Assembly (NCBI GenBank): GCA_013265495.1
Contig: MU057801.1
Span: 248,001-312,000, forward strand
Length of the DNA stretch: 64,000 nt
Direction of reading: 5' to 3'
Source of the DNA: Vicugna vicugna
Taxonomy: Eukaryota
Shown: positions 12,451 to 24,760 of the stretch, piece after piece
How positions within the stretch are numbered: position 1 is the stretch's first letter
Layout: every line of letters begins with the position of its first letter
Made by a program: the position numbers and the translations under genes
The notes under the pieces: model-generated
Seen by the model: the letters and a program-made list of their open reading frames with translations, nothing else
Databases searched by the model: none
What the model was told of the DNA's origin: nothing

Positions 12451-13875
12451 GGGAGAAGTGAGAGGCTTTTTTGAATGTTAAAATGGGATCCTCATAACTG
12501 AAAACGTGGAGACCTGTGCTAGAAGCCAGTGTGTTTTCAGAAGGAAAAGTAAATTTACATTTTGGTTGGTGTCCTGGGGCTCCCAAAACAGCCACTCTGC
12601 TCCCCGGCCGGGGTGGCCGCCACCTTCACACTGGTAACTCCATCCCTGCGGCTCGGAGGCCCTTCCTCCTGGCGCTTCAAAAACCGGCATTTTCTTTTCT
12701 AGTTTATTCATTTTCACTTTACTGGCTGCTGGCTCTGTCACAGATACAGGAATGAGTTAAGACTGGTCTCACCTAAAAACCCTGCTCGGTTTTCTGGGGA
12801 GGGGGGAGTGGCAGCCACGACGGCTGCAGTTCAGGGTGTGGGGACAGAAGGGGACTCTCAGCCCGGCTTCACTGACACTGCTCAACCAGCAGAAACTGGG
12901 GACACGGACTCACCGAGGTTTCCATCAAGTACAGTTAAGTAAAACGAGTTTTGACTGAACTTGGAAAATTCCTTAAACCAACTGAGTAAATGAAATATTG
13001 CTCTAATGAAAAGAACTCTGATTTCAATTGTTTATAGTAATTTTGAGCTTTAATATATTTTGTATGAAATACATACATGTGTGTGTATTTTTTAAGACAA
13101 CGGCTCCTTGGTTTGGATTTGGCTTATTGCAAATAATTCTAAACCAGCTTTAAAGAAACAGACCTTGTCCACTACCTTTGTGCCCTCCCTGGCCCTCTTC
13201 TGCTCCCACGATGATTTATCTGTCCTGTAGAGGACCTAATGGCTAAGAGGAAGTAAGAAGTGGAAATTATATATTCAGAAGGATGTGCTGCAAAAGTTAC
13301 ATTTTGCAGTCAGCTCTTTGGAAATTGCGATGCATTTTCCCATTGAAACAGAGTTATTCGTGGCTGTCTTCCCAGGCCCACCCACAAAAGCCTATTTAAT
13401 CTGTAACGTCTGTGTGGTACAGTGCTGCGCTAATTGCAGTACCGAACACAGCCCCCACCCTAGGTTCTCGTGGGCAAATGCATTTCAAGTTCAAATTGGG
13501 ATTCCAGGAACACATCTCCTGGGCTTCCCTGAGGGGATGGCGGCAGCCCGGTCCCAGCTTTGCCCACCTCCTCCTCCACTGCCGTCAATGACGTGAGCGG
13601 GCTCCCTTGCCCTGGGCCTTTTTTCATCTGAATTAGAGTCAGAACTCTCAGCGTGAATCTTAGGTCGTGGCTCCGGGAACTTGGAGCAGAGGAGCCCAGG
13701 GAACCAGGAGCTGGGGGAGGAGGGGGGCCCTCCTGGAGTGGAACGAGGGGAAGGGTCCTCAGTGAGTCAGATGGGAGAAGCTGGGGGCTACTTCCTCCCA
13801 CTGAGGAGCACCCCATATGGATTCGGTGTTCTCGGTACCTGAGGGCAGGCAGGTGCTGTGCTTGCCCGGGGCCCC

Positions 13876-15419
13876 TGGGCCGGGTGCACCCCTGGTGGAA
13901 TCCCCCGGGGCTGAGGGGTGTGGCTTCCTATGAGAGGGGATGGTGGCTGGTGGCTGTCAGCACTGAGATTGACATCCCAAGCACAGTGTTTCCCAGACGT
14001 ACCCTCTGGTGGTACCCGAGGTGATTTGACTTGACACGTGCAGAGCAATTTTTACTTTAAATGTTGTATCTTCATTTTTATAGTTACCTTCTATGTATAG
14101 AAATGCATACTGGTTTTCCACTTATGATAGTGATGTAATTTTTTTTTATTGAAATGGACTTATTTAAGCCAAAAGTGAACTGGTTTACGAAAATAAGCAC
14201 AAGAAATGCACGTGTCTGAGAGTCCGCCCTCTGCTGCACGGCTCTAGGATAATGTTCTGCCAACAAGTGGAGAAAAGCAGGCTACAAACAGTATGGGTTG
14301 TGGGATTCCATTTTTATAGATGCACAAAGTGCACAGCAATGTATAACTACACTCAAGAAAGAAAGGTAAGTCTAGTGAGATGGCCGCCAAAATACGGACA
14401 GTGGTCAGTTATTAATAGGAGGTGGTATCAAGGGTGATTTTTTCCAAATTAGTTTTCTCTCCCTGCTTGTGTTTCCTACTTCCGACTGCACTGATGCCGC
14501 ATCAGTCTCCAGCAGAAACCTCGCTGGGAAGCGCACATGACTTTCTCTCTAGCTTCCCCCTGGTCTCTCCTCTGTGGTCGTATGCTGTCTTCTCTCCTGG
14601 TCTCCTTAACAGGAATATGGGTAACTTCTGCCTTCTTTGCTTTTTGAAGGAACATTTAAATCTCTCTTTCTCTAACTTAAAACACCAGTTAGATTCCATT
14701 CAGCTGAGAAAATGAAAACTGCATTTCAAGTTACATACAAGTGGTTGTCCACGTAGTAAACGGCGTGCTGTCTCTAAGTCACCACTCCTGCTGCCATGAC
14801 AGGCCACGTCACGGGGCAGCCCTTGGGAGGGACCTTGAGGACGCCCCTGTGGCGCAGCCAGCAGAGTAAGAGTAGGAGGACCTCATCTTTATCAACTCAC
14901 CCAGTCGCCTCCACTTTACAAGACCCTCAGGGTCCCCATCGCTGCAGCTGGATTCGGTGGTACTGCAGGTGCTCGGATTCCAGTAGATCCATTAGCCCAG
15001 GGACTTGGGCTCAGGATTTGGACAAAGTGGTTTAAAATACTGACCAAGGTGGGCCAAATTCTCAGCTCTCTCTCACACACATGCACTTCTTGTATTTAAT
15101 TATTTTCTTTAAAATAATTCACTTTTGGCTTAAATAAGTATTTCAATAAAAAATTACATCACTATCATAAATGGAAAACTGGTATCCCCTCCTGTAAATG
15201 GAAGGTAACTATAAAAATGAAGATATAACATTCAAAACAAAAATTGCTCTGCGTGTTTCGAGTCCGATCACCTCGGGTACCAACAGAGGGTACCTTTCAG
15301 AAACCCTGTGCTTCGGATGTCAGTCTCAGTGCCAACAGCCAGCAACAGCCACTGTCCTGTCTCACAGGAAGTCACACCCCTCAGCCCCGGGGGACTCCAC
15401 CAGGGGTGCACCCGGCCCA
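13876..15419. repeat. Inverted duplication: arms ~13876-14225 and ~15065-15419, each containing a hAT-Charlie-type MITE remnant plus flanking DNA
   Basis: Direct alignment: 46/47 identity at the outer ends; similarity continues through the MITE (cagtgtttccc at 13984 vs cagggtttctg on - strand ending 15308). Confidence 0.9.
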
Positions 15420-15457
15420 AGCCCCCCCACCCTCACCCCAAGCACTGCTGCTGTGGG

Positions 15458-15571
15458 AAGGTGACCAACCCATCCCAGTTTACTGATGGCTTTTCTGGTT
15501 TTAGCACCAACAGTCCGATGTCCTGGGCACCTTCTCAGTCCCAGACAAACGGGGACAGTTGGCCAGCCTAA
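15458..15571. mobile_element. MER81-like hAT-Blackjack MITE
   Basis: aaggtgaccaacccatcccagttt...aaacggggacagttggccagccta terminal inverted repeats. Confidence 0.7.
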
Positions 15572-15925
15572 CTGCATGTTCAGGCCCACACAGTGGAACT
15601 GGCAACGTGGAGAGGAGGGAAAAACCTGCAGTCAGACGACTTGCCCAGTCCGCCTCCAAGGGAAGGGTATTGGACGCTTCATATCATAAACGTAACACCC
15701 TTCTAGTGAAATGTCATTTTTGGTGGAAGTGCCGTTGATTGCACTAGATGTCCTGAAAGATGCGCTCCCAGGGCTGCTGCCAAATCGCTCCCCCCTTTCC
15801 CAACGGTTATCATACCTTTCGCCGTGGTTGCCAAGTTCCAGTGGCCAAAGGTGGGAGACAACGACACCCTCTTCACCTCCCTTTTGGTATCGTCTTCATG
15901 TGTGCAATTCACATTGTTTCCACAG

Positions 15926-16076
15926 GGAAAAGGCAAACCTTGCCATTACCCTCCACAATGACCAGGAGGAGATCATGGCCCAGGCCACCTTTCTGGACTA
16001 TCCCAACTGGAATATCGCCCGGCAGCATGACTGGGTGTCCGTGTTCCGGGAGCTGGACAGTGAAATCCCGTGCACA
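15926..16076 (+). CDS. CFAP61: CFAP61 coding exon (EKANLAITLHNDQEEIMAQATFLDYPNWNIARQHDWVSVFRELDSEIPCT)
   Basis: ttccacag acceptor, GTAAGT donor, 151 nt, phase compatible with the previous exon; peptide matches CFAP61. Confidence 0.96.
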
Positions 16077-17264
16077 GTAAGTAACCACGCACCTTCCTCC
16101 TTAGAACAGCCTGGATTTTGCAGGGGAAAATGTTTGCATATATATCTTTCTAGTTTGTAGACTGAGCAGTTCAAAACTCAGAACAGAATGTATAAGACAT
16201 GATGGACAGAAATGGAATTAGCTGGTGGGGAGGGAAGGGGGATCTGAGAGCAGGAGGCCTCGGAGGAGGACCATGAGGGAGCAAGGAATTAGTGGGAGGG
16301 TCAGGACGTGGCTTCCCAGGTCTCCAAAGCCTTTGGCCTGCTGGGAGGGCCCTTGCCATTTACACATTTGCCCCCGTAAAAGGCAACAGAGCCTCAGATC
16401 CAAGTCATGCTCTGTAATTTTCAAAGTGCCCTCGTGGACTCTGGCTCATCTGATGTCTTCTAGCAGTGGACACGTTACAGACAATCTGTCGATGAACCAG
16501 CGGTTCCCAGGGACTTGGGCTTTGGTAGCTGGTGCCTGTCAGAGCCAGGCCAGCATCTGGCTCCAGCTGCTGCAGAGAGACAGAGGCTGCCCCTGTCAGC
16601 GGAGCTCCGGAGCGTGTCCTCCCCGCAGCCGGGGGAACGCAGGTGGCGGGAATGAGCGCGTTCGCGCATGCGCGCAAACAGGCCCCGCCCCGCGCTGCCC
16701 ACATCTGTTCAGGGAGATGCTGCCTCCCCCTCGTCCCCTGGGCTCTGCGCTCCCTGTTACCACTGTCAGGAAAATTATCTCCAACGTGGAAATGCACCAA
16801 AAAGAGCCTTTCAGGCAGTGCTTGTACCTTTGAGCGATTTTCCGTTGACTGGGCTGTTTTCCAATTCCGTAGGAACACTGATTAGATTGTCGATTTTTGT
16901 CTGTTTGAGATGTAAATGGCTTCTGTCTGGTGGAGGAGATAACCTCAAAGGCTACAGTTTCTGGCCCAGGGGGACAGGACCTCTTTTGTATCTAACCCCA
17001 CAATCTTCTAATGTTCCCTCGTCAAACTGCCTGAAGCCCGCCTCTCGAGGGCAGGGAATCGCTGTTTTTTGTTTTTTTTGTTTTTTTTTTTTAATCATCT
17101 CGCTAGTTGCCTCCCAAATTGATGGGTTGAATCAATCTCTGATACGTGCATATGGTATTTGCATTATGGGTCATGATTTTACCTTTTTGAAAATTATAAA
17201 TTAACACCGTTCTTCATAAACTGTTCTCTTAAGAGTGCTTCTTTAAAACTACTTCCTAGAGCAG

Positions 17265-18075
17265 TACAGAGGTAGACTGTCTGGTAAGGTGGCCACCAGC
17301 CATACGTAGCTCTTGAGCGCTTGAAATGTGGCTCGTTTGACTGAGCTGAGCTGTTAGGATAACGTATACACGGACATCAAATACTTAGTAGGAAAAAAAA
17401 CGTACCAAATGCAATTCGTGTGCCGGACACACATTGAGGCCAAACAAACTGGACTGTCGGAGTTTGGAGCAGAGAAAAGTTTACTGCAGGGTCGAGCAAG
17501 GAGGGCAGGTGGCTTGTGCGCCCAAACCCCAAACCCTGCCCCTTCCCAGTGGTTTCAATAAAGCATTTTTAAAGGCCAAGTGAGGGAGGGGTGGCCCTGG
17601 GTAGTGATCAGCTGTGCACAGTTCTCTGATTGGCTGATGTAGGGGTAACAGGGCAGTCAACACTATCAACCCCTAGGCACCAGAAGGTCTGGGGGGGCCA
17701 CTGCTCATGATCATTAAGTAGTTAATTTCCATTTGGTGGTGGTTTTAGCCTCTGAAAAACTCAGGGCGTATACGTGAGATGCTATTACCTGGGTAGTTCA
17801 GAGAGGAGCTGCAGCAGGGGACACGTCTGTCCCAGGAAGACCCCCATAGGGTCCTGCTCGGTTCCAAAAAGAGTGTAAAATGCCTCATTGACAAGTTTTA
17901 TGTTGACTGCTTCTTAAAGGCTAATAAGTTGAATATGTTAGGTTAAGTAAAATGTAGTAAAATTAATTTCACCAGTTTATCCTTGCTCCTTTCTTTATAT
18001 GTCTACTAGAAAGTTTAAAATCACATATATGCTGAGCATTTGTGACTTGAATTATTTCCTATTAGACAGCATTGG
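17265..18075. mobile_element. MER33/MER3-like hAT-Charlie MITE split by an LTR insertion
   Basis: gagcgcttgaaatgtggct...aaattaatttcacc...ctactagaaagtttaaaatcacatatatg...tattagacagcattg. Confidence 0.7.
17401..17866 (-). mobile_element. ERV1-class solo LTR (same family as 11308-11720)
   Basis: Reverse complement aligns along the 11.3-kb copy (ccaatcagagaactgtgcacagctgatcac); flanked by AAAA on both sides. Confidence 0.8.
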
Positions 18076-19338
18076 TGTAGAGCCTTAAGGCTTAAGATAT
18101 TACCTACTCCAGGGGCATCTGCCACTGAAGTGATGAGTTTTACCATAAAGCCAAGGAATAACTAGTGAACTATAATATGTTTGATGGAAGAGAGAATTGA
18201 GGAGCTAAATCAGCCCAGTAGCAAGCCATGTGCTCCTAAGGCTTGTCCTGTTTAGAATGTAAAGCCGGTGCTGTGGGATTAGGGGAGTCAGTCCGTGGGA
18301 AGCGCCCACATTGCTGCCACCTGCGCTGTCGCTGTTGTTTTCTGGACTTTGGGGTTCGTGTTATTTGCCTTGGGGTAGTTTTCAGGCTGCTGAACCAAAC
18401 TCATGATTCTTCTCTCACCATTTTATGCCTGGTAAACACTCCTTGTGAGCGTTCCCAAGGCACGTGCCACCCCGCCGGAGGGAAGACCAAGGCACACGGT
18501 GTGCAAGGTGTCACCTAAGGCCATGTATAAAACTGCTGAGAAAACGAGACACAGACAGCGCGCCTGTTGCCGGGTCAGGTGCAGGCGCTGCCCTCAGCAC
18601 TCAGCCACTTCACGTTTGCAGGAGCTCCAGCGTTTGAGGATTTGCCCCTAAACACGAGGGTCTGAGCTGAACAGACCAATGTGTGGATGTCTGGAGCAGT
18701 TCTCATTACTGACCACTTAAGAAGTCTTCAGAAGTTTAGGGGCAGAGCTCTTTAAAAACTCAGAAGATTTAACCTGAAAGTCATGTTAGACTTACACTCC
18801 TGTGAGTTCTCCGCTCCCAGGTTTTCTGGATCCGGAAAGTGGTATCTGATTCTGATTCGGATTGTTGAACAAAACAAGCCACTGGATTCCTAACATGGTG
18901 CCTACCTTCCATCCTCCAGATTCATGAGAGTCTTTCCCTCGTGTTCCTTGAATAGAGCAGCAGCTGCTGACTCAAGAGGCTCGGGGGAAGGGTGATTGTC
19001 TGTCACTTGGCAGAGACACCCTGCGGACAAGGCCACTGAGTTAATAATCGATTTCATTCCCTCGCTCGCGCAACCCCGCCTGTGGCTGGTAGTGAGGGCA
19101 GCGGGGAGGGCTGGATGCGCTGAAGTCGTTGAGATTCCTGTTTGCTTGAAAAATCCTGGGCTGGGAAGACAGAGAGCGGCTTGAACCCTGCCTGGGCATC
19201 TCCTCACCTCAGATGTAAAATATCGTCCCCAGGAACCAGGCAGCTCGGTGCTGTGGCTGCCCCTCCACTCTCCTCCCACCCCTGCTCTGCTCCGACAGCC
19301 CGAATGCTGACTCAGTCGCATCCTCTTTTCTTCCACAG

Positions 19339-19415
19339 CCTCTGAACACGCTGTTCATGCACCTCTTTGTGGCCGTGGATGAGTATTCTGTCGGCTGCTG
19401 CAAAGAGATTATTCG
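19339..19415 (+). CDS. CFAP61: CFAP61 coding exon (PLNTLFMHLFVAVDEYSVGCCKEIIR)
   Basis: ttttcttccacag acceptor, GTGAGT donor, 77 nt; near-identical to the recalled human peptide. Confidence 0.96.
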
Positions 19416-20228
19416 GTGAGTGGCTGCAGCCTTGCAGACGGTGACACCTGGAGGGGGGTGAGCTGGCAGTCCCCCATAGACAAAAATGTGTGGATGTCTT
19501 TATCCCTGTGGAGGGTTAAAAAATATTTTTAAAGGACGTGAAATTCTTTGAGGTGTTCAATCTGCTTGTCACTTGCGGCTCTATTAAAGCATTTACTTTG
19601 AATAGCGTGTATTTCTGAAAGGAAGCCATCCTTCCTTTGAATGGACGCACCTTCCACACATGCCTCCAACTGCTATCGTTGGAGGAAAACAGGTCATTTT
19701 AAAGGAATGGATTTGGGGGAGTTAGGGAAAGATAAAGGGTTTAGGTGTTTCTAAAAATCATTTTCCCCAATCTTATCCTTAAAAATGTTTACTGGCGTGA
19801 CAGACTGCAGGGGCCCCCTGAGTAACAGGGGATGTGGAAACGTGACCCCTGGGGCCCCCGTGGGTGGACTGCGCAGACACTTGGGGATAGTGGTGGCCTC
19901 AGCTTTCAGGTCGCTTTGTAATGTCACACCAGCCCATCCGGATGCCAGGTCAGAGGTTAATATCAGCTGAAATCTGGTGTGCCACGTGGCCTTGGCGTCC
20001 TCGAGTCTCACCAGCTCCGTGGAGCGGATAGAAAAGGGGCCGTTTGGGAGCCGAAGAAAAGCAGAGGAGAAAAAGGAACCATGAGGAAGATGTTGCTGCC
20101 TCTGCAGGCAGGGAGCCGGGGAGCCCACTGGATGCACCAGCGCCTCCCTCCCACAGCGAAGGCGCCCGTCGCAGGTGCCTGCTGACGGGGCGGCTGTGTA
20201 CTGACCCCGTTCCTCTCTCTCTCTCCAG

Positions 20229-20296
20229 GACCGTGTTTAGGGAAGTGCCAGAGCTCCACTTCATCTTTCTCATTGTGCCGTCCTACATGAGCCTCG
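20229..20296 (+). CDS. CFAP61: CFAP61 coding exon (TVFREVPELHFIFLIVPSYMSL)
   Basis: ctctctctccag acceptor, GTAAGG donor, 68 nt, in frame. Confidence 0.96.
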
Positions 20297-20366
20297 GTAA
20301 GGCCCGCTCCACCACCCCCCAGCCCCGGCCGCTATATGGGAAATTCATGCTTAAAGTGGGGCTTCT

Positions 20367-20466
20367 GGGGGGAGGGTAGAGCTCAGTGGTAGAGGGCATG
20401 CTAAGCATGCATGAGGTCCTGGGTTCAATCCCCAGCACCTCCATTAAAAAAAAGAAAATCTCCCTC
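20367..20466 (+). mobile_element. Vic-1-type SINE in the 344-nt CFAP61 intron
   Basis: GGGGGGAGGGTAGAGCTCAGTGGTAGAG...GGTTCAATCCCCAGCACCTCC plus A-tail; TSD tggggcttctggg on both sides. Confidence 0.9.
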
Positions 20467-20640
20467 AAATGGGGCTTCTGGGAATGGGACGTGAGCATGG
20501 TCTCCAGGTTCCAAATGGATGATATGCCATTTGATGATAAGAATTACAGCACACTTCTGAGTGGAAAGCGCGTTGGCTCTGAGGTCCTCAAGTTACTCCT
20601 CGGTAAAGCGAGGCCACGTTCCTTCTTGTCTGTGATTTAG

Positions 20641-20767
20641 GCTCGACGCTCATAACTGTGTTTGAGCAAGTGGGGAACGCGCCGAGCCTGCTGTGTGACG
20701 AGGACTTCACGGTGCACGTGTGTCACAGGCACAGCCACCACCCTCAGCTGCACATTCGCGAAGCCAG
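20641..20767 (+). CDS. CFAP61: CFAP61 coding exon (GSTLITVFEQVGNAPSLLCDEDFTVHVCHRHSHHPQLHIREAR)
   Basis: tgatttag acceptor, GTAAGG donor, 127 nt, in frame; matches recalled human GSTLITVFDQVGN...HRHSHYPQLHVRKAR. Confidence 0.95.
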
Positions 20768-22179
20768 GTAAGGCTGGGGCCCTGCCTCTGTTACCTGGGC
20801 GTCGCCGCCGACGCTCGCCCTACAGACAGCTTGTAAGTTGCCAGCTCACGCTGAAAGCGATTATGGCTCAGGTAGATGGTTTCACAGCCCCCCACTGCCC
20901 CCCGGCATTGCTTTGTTTGGAGTTGTTTCCAGTTCCCCTTGAGGACATCGCCTTCAGGGCTGGCTGATGAGACTGGCTTGGTGCTGTGTGGTCCGCGGAG
21001 CTGCGGGCTTCTACCTAAAGGTCTCTGAAATCACGCACCGCAGTCACTTTCAAATGAAACAAACATAACAACAAATCTGCCTATTTAGTTTCCACAGTAA
21101 AGCCCACCTACTTTCTGGCTTTCGGTAAATGAGTCTGTTGACTCCAAAGAGGAGTTTTCCAAGCTGAAGCTCTTACCATCAAAAGTCCACGTACATGCCT
21201 TGAAGTTCAGCGATCTTAGGGCGATGGCTGTGGCAGGCCCTGTTTTCCAGCAAAGGCCAGCTTCCGTCCTGCATGCTCTCCTGTGGTGTGGAGGGGTGGG
21301 ATCTGTGTCCTCCTCCATGGATCTGGACAGATTGTGACCGCTTCAGCCCACGTGGCACAGTGGAAGGATGCTCTGTGACGTGGGAGGCTAGGAGGCTTCT
21401 GCCTGGTTCTCCTGGGATGCTCACCATGGAAGAAATGAGGGGGAGAAGGCTGACCGCCTGGAGACCACTGTGCTGGAGATCTGGCCGTGTGGACATGCAG
21501 CCAGGACGAGCCGCCCCCAACCCTATATCTGCAACCCAGCTGACGTCTGACCGCAGCTGCCGAAGAGGACCCAAGCCGTGTCCGGCCGCATCCTCCCGGA
21601 TCTCTGATGCACAAAATTCTGAGCAAACTAGAATGGCTGCTCTGAAATAAGCGTGCGTATGAGAGCGTCTCAGAAGGGCAGTTACTTGACTTTGTCAGTG
21701 GAGACTAAGTTGTATCTTTGGGGTTAACCGTTGCCATATTTGATGAGTGCTGGGGTTTTTTTTAGAAAGGACTGAATCTAAATTTTTAAAAAGTGAGAGC
21801 CTAATGTTTACCAGGCGTCATTGTTAGGAGTCTGCAATGATGACGTCAGGTCAGTCTGGATCCTGCTCCTGGTCCCACTGCTCACCGGAGGGGTCAGCTC
21901 AGAGCAGGACCAGGCCTCTGCGGCCTTCGTGTCCCCTCTATCAGCGGTGTAAGCGTGCTGTCTGCTGCGTGGGACTGGTGTCCTGATTGGATGAGCTGAC
22001 GGGAACCAAGCACTTGGCATGTCTCAGGTCACGTGTCGGTGACCAAGGAAATTAAATGCTATTCTTAATATTAGAGTTGAGCGGGGGAAAGAGACCACCT
22101 AGAGTAGACTGTATGCTGTGTAGCTTGGAGAGGGAAGGACAGAGAGGGATGAAGACAGGGTCATACACCCCCCCCACAC

Positions 22180-22575
22180 AAATCTAAATGCCCATCAGCA
22201 AGTCCACGTGGACAGACCGCGGTGCGTCCGCACAATGGACACCACTCAGCAGTGAAACGGAATGAACTCCGTGTCCAGACTCAGACAGTTTATGCCGAAC
22301 GGAAGAAGACGGACACAGGAAGAGAGAGCAGGTGCTGCTGCCTTGACTTTGACGTTGTGCAGAACAGCCAGGGCTAACCTGCAGCGGGAGAGGGCAGGGC
22401 GGGGGCTGTGTCTGGTGGAGGGGAGCAGTGGTCGTGGGAGGGGCCCTGGGGAGTCCGGGAGTGACAGTGCTCTGTTTGTTGACTTGGGTGTATGCAGTTG
22501 TCAAAACTCACCCAACTGCACTCTTAAATTCCATGCATTTTACACTGCTATCATACCTCAGTGAAAAAAAATTTT
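22180..22575 (+). mobile_element. Old L1 3' end remnant
   Basis: aaatgcccatcagc...ctcagcagtgaaacggaatgaact...gtcaaaactcacccaactgcactcttaaa...atacctcagtgaaaaaa. Confidence 0.7.
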
Positions 22576-22579
22576 AAAA

Positions 22580-23100
22580 GAGGCTTCACAGAGAAGGTAG
22601 CCTTTGAACCTGGTCAGGAAGGATGAGTCAGAGCTTAGCCCGAGAGACAGAACAGATGAAGGCATGGAGGCGGGAAAGCACCTGGAATGTCTGTCACCAG
22701 GCAGATGGGCAGGCGTGAGGAAGAGCCGACCCCAGAGAGCAGACGCAGAACTGTTTCAACTTGAAACCAGCAGGGAGCCCTGAAGAGGACAGACATGGTC
22801 TGGGGTGCATGTTAACAAATTACCGATTTTCATGTGATCGGTGGCCTGGAGGGGAGGAGCACAGAGCAGTCGGTGGAGAACGATGCCGGCTGAGATCCTG
22901 ACAGTGACAAGGAGATCCAGGTTGGGGACTGGATCAGGGCAGGTGCAGAGATGCAAAGAAAAGTTTGAGAGGGAAAGTTCAGTTTGGTTGCCAGTTGGAT
23001 GGAGATGTTGAAGGACGAGAATGAGTTCGTAATGACGCAGGGTTTTCAAGTTCGGGGGATGATGGATTCATTGACTGAAAGCAGAAACAATAGTGTTAGA
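22580..23100 (-). mobile_element. L2 remnant
   Basis: gaggcttcacagagaaggtagcctttgaacctgg...cagcagggagccctgaag; purine-rich L2 antisense pattern. Confidence 0.55.
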
Positions 23101-24631
23101 TGGGCAGGAGAGAGTTTGGAAGTACAAGTCCTCATGAGTGAGGAGATCATGAGAATAAAGGAGACGATCTTGCTGAGGAGGAGATTTTAAAGGGATAAAG
23201 CAGAAGATGAGCACAGAGTTTGGAAAGATGAAAATGAGCCGTTAGTGATAATAAACTTGGAAGGGAGGGAGAGAAGTGTTGCAGAAGCCAAGGACTCAAA
23301 GTGGCAAACGACTGTGGGAAAATCGAGTAATATGAATGCAAAAAAAGGCAGCCTTGGATTTGGAAACTTAAAAAGACACAGATGAGATGAATAAAATAGA
23401 TGAACTATTTGCCAAGCTGACCAAGAGAAAAAAAGAGAGAAGACGTATTTCCAAATCAGGACTGAAAGGGGTGGTATCACTGCAGACACAGCAGTCCCCA
23501 CCGTCCAAGTTTCACATCCTGCCCACACTTTAAGAAAACACAGAGCTTCCAGGCTGGTGAGCGCGCGGAGGTCTGGGGAGAGCGGTGGGCCTGGGAGGAC
23601 CCGGGACCTCTGAGCACTTGCCCACGCCTTGCCCTGTGCCTCAGTCCCATCTGACTGCTCCTGAGCTGCATCTTTCTGTAGTAAACTGGTGATCTAGTGA
23701 GTAAAAAAAGAAAAGACTTGGAAATGTGCCTCCCTTCTCTGTAACCGTTCACTCCCCCTCCCCCTCCCCCAGAGACCTGTCTACTCGACATGCACACATT
23801 TAATCATCCATCTGGATAATCTCTGAACTGGAAATGGGGTCGGTTGAGGCTGGAGGCTGGGGGAGACCTTTCTTCACCCGATTTTCTTTAATGGCTATAG
23901 AATTATTCAAGTCGTTATTATTTTTAATGTGAGTTTTAGTAGTTTGTGTTTTTCAAGGAGTTGGCCCGTTCTGTCTAAACTGTTGCATGTACGGAGTTGG
24001 AGTAGTCCCTCATCCTTTGAGGGAGCGGCAGGGTTTTCTGTAGGATCCACAGTGATTTTCCTGAGGAACTTTAAATGAGTCAGCTATTTATTTCCCTTTA
24101 AAAAAAGTAAGTGGCGTCCTTGCACGTTTCCTCACTGATGCCCCACGTGACATTTTGGGATGGAGGTCACCGGAGAAAAGGCATAGAATGTGCCAGCCCA
24201 GCGCTGGCTCCTAGAAGTGCGTAGTAGCTGGCTGTTATGCGCTGGTCTCCCCCGTTCCCTCCTTCCATCCTCCCTTCCTTCCTTCCCCTTGCTTCCCTTG
24301 TGCCTTGAAAACTTCAGTGTTATGAACTCATCCTGGCCTGAACTAAACCTCACGATTCCTTTCCCCGAGGTCTTGCTACTCAGCCTCTGAGGGTCCTGAT
24401 TGTCCAGGAAATCTGCAAGAAGCAAATCCCGAGAGGAATACAGTCCTTCCAGGTGGCAAAGAGATGACAGCGGGCACTTTGCGATGAGGAAGGGCTGTTT
24501 ATGGAATGACAGTTTTCTGTATAGCAGTGAAATACAGAGGGAGTGATGACATTATGAGAATTGATGCTTTTGCTTGCAGAAGGGGAAGGGTGACACATTT
24601 AAAAAATTAAAAAATTAAAAGAATTTTTTTA

Positions 24632-24760
24632 GGGGGGGAGGGTATAGCTCAAGTGACAGAGCACGTGCTTAGCACGCACGAGGTCCTGGGTTCAAGCCCC
24701 ACTACATCTTCAATAAATAAACAAGCAAACCTAATTACCTCCCCCAGGAGAAAAACAAAC
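24632..24760 (+). mobile_element. Vic-1-type SINE, tail-to-tail with a truncated - strand copy (~24770-24826)
   Basis: GGGGGGGAGGGTATAGCTCAAGTG...GAGGTCCTGGGTTCAAGCCCC, then aaacctaattacctcccc; TSD aagaatttttt. Confidence 0.88.

Noticed and set aside
11752..12461. 197-aa and 148-aa ORFs
   Set aside because: GC-island artefacts; no recognisable domain or retrogene hallmarks.
16225..16833. 202-aa ORF
   Set aside because: No recognisable homology; GC-rich intronic sequence.
20367..20445. tRNA-like sequences with A and B boxes (also 1230-1307, 24632, 43720, 45029)
   Set aside because: They are SINE heads with A-rich tails and mostly clear TSDs, not tRNA genes.
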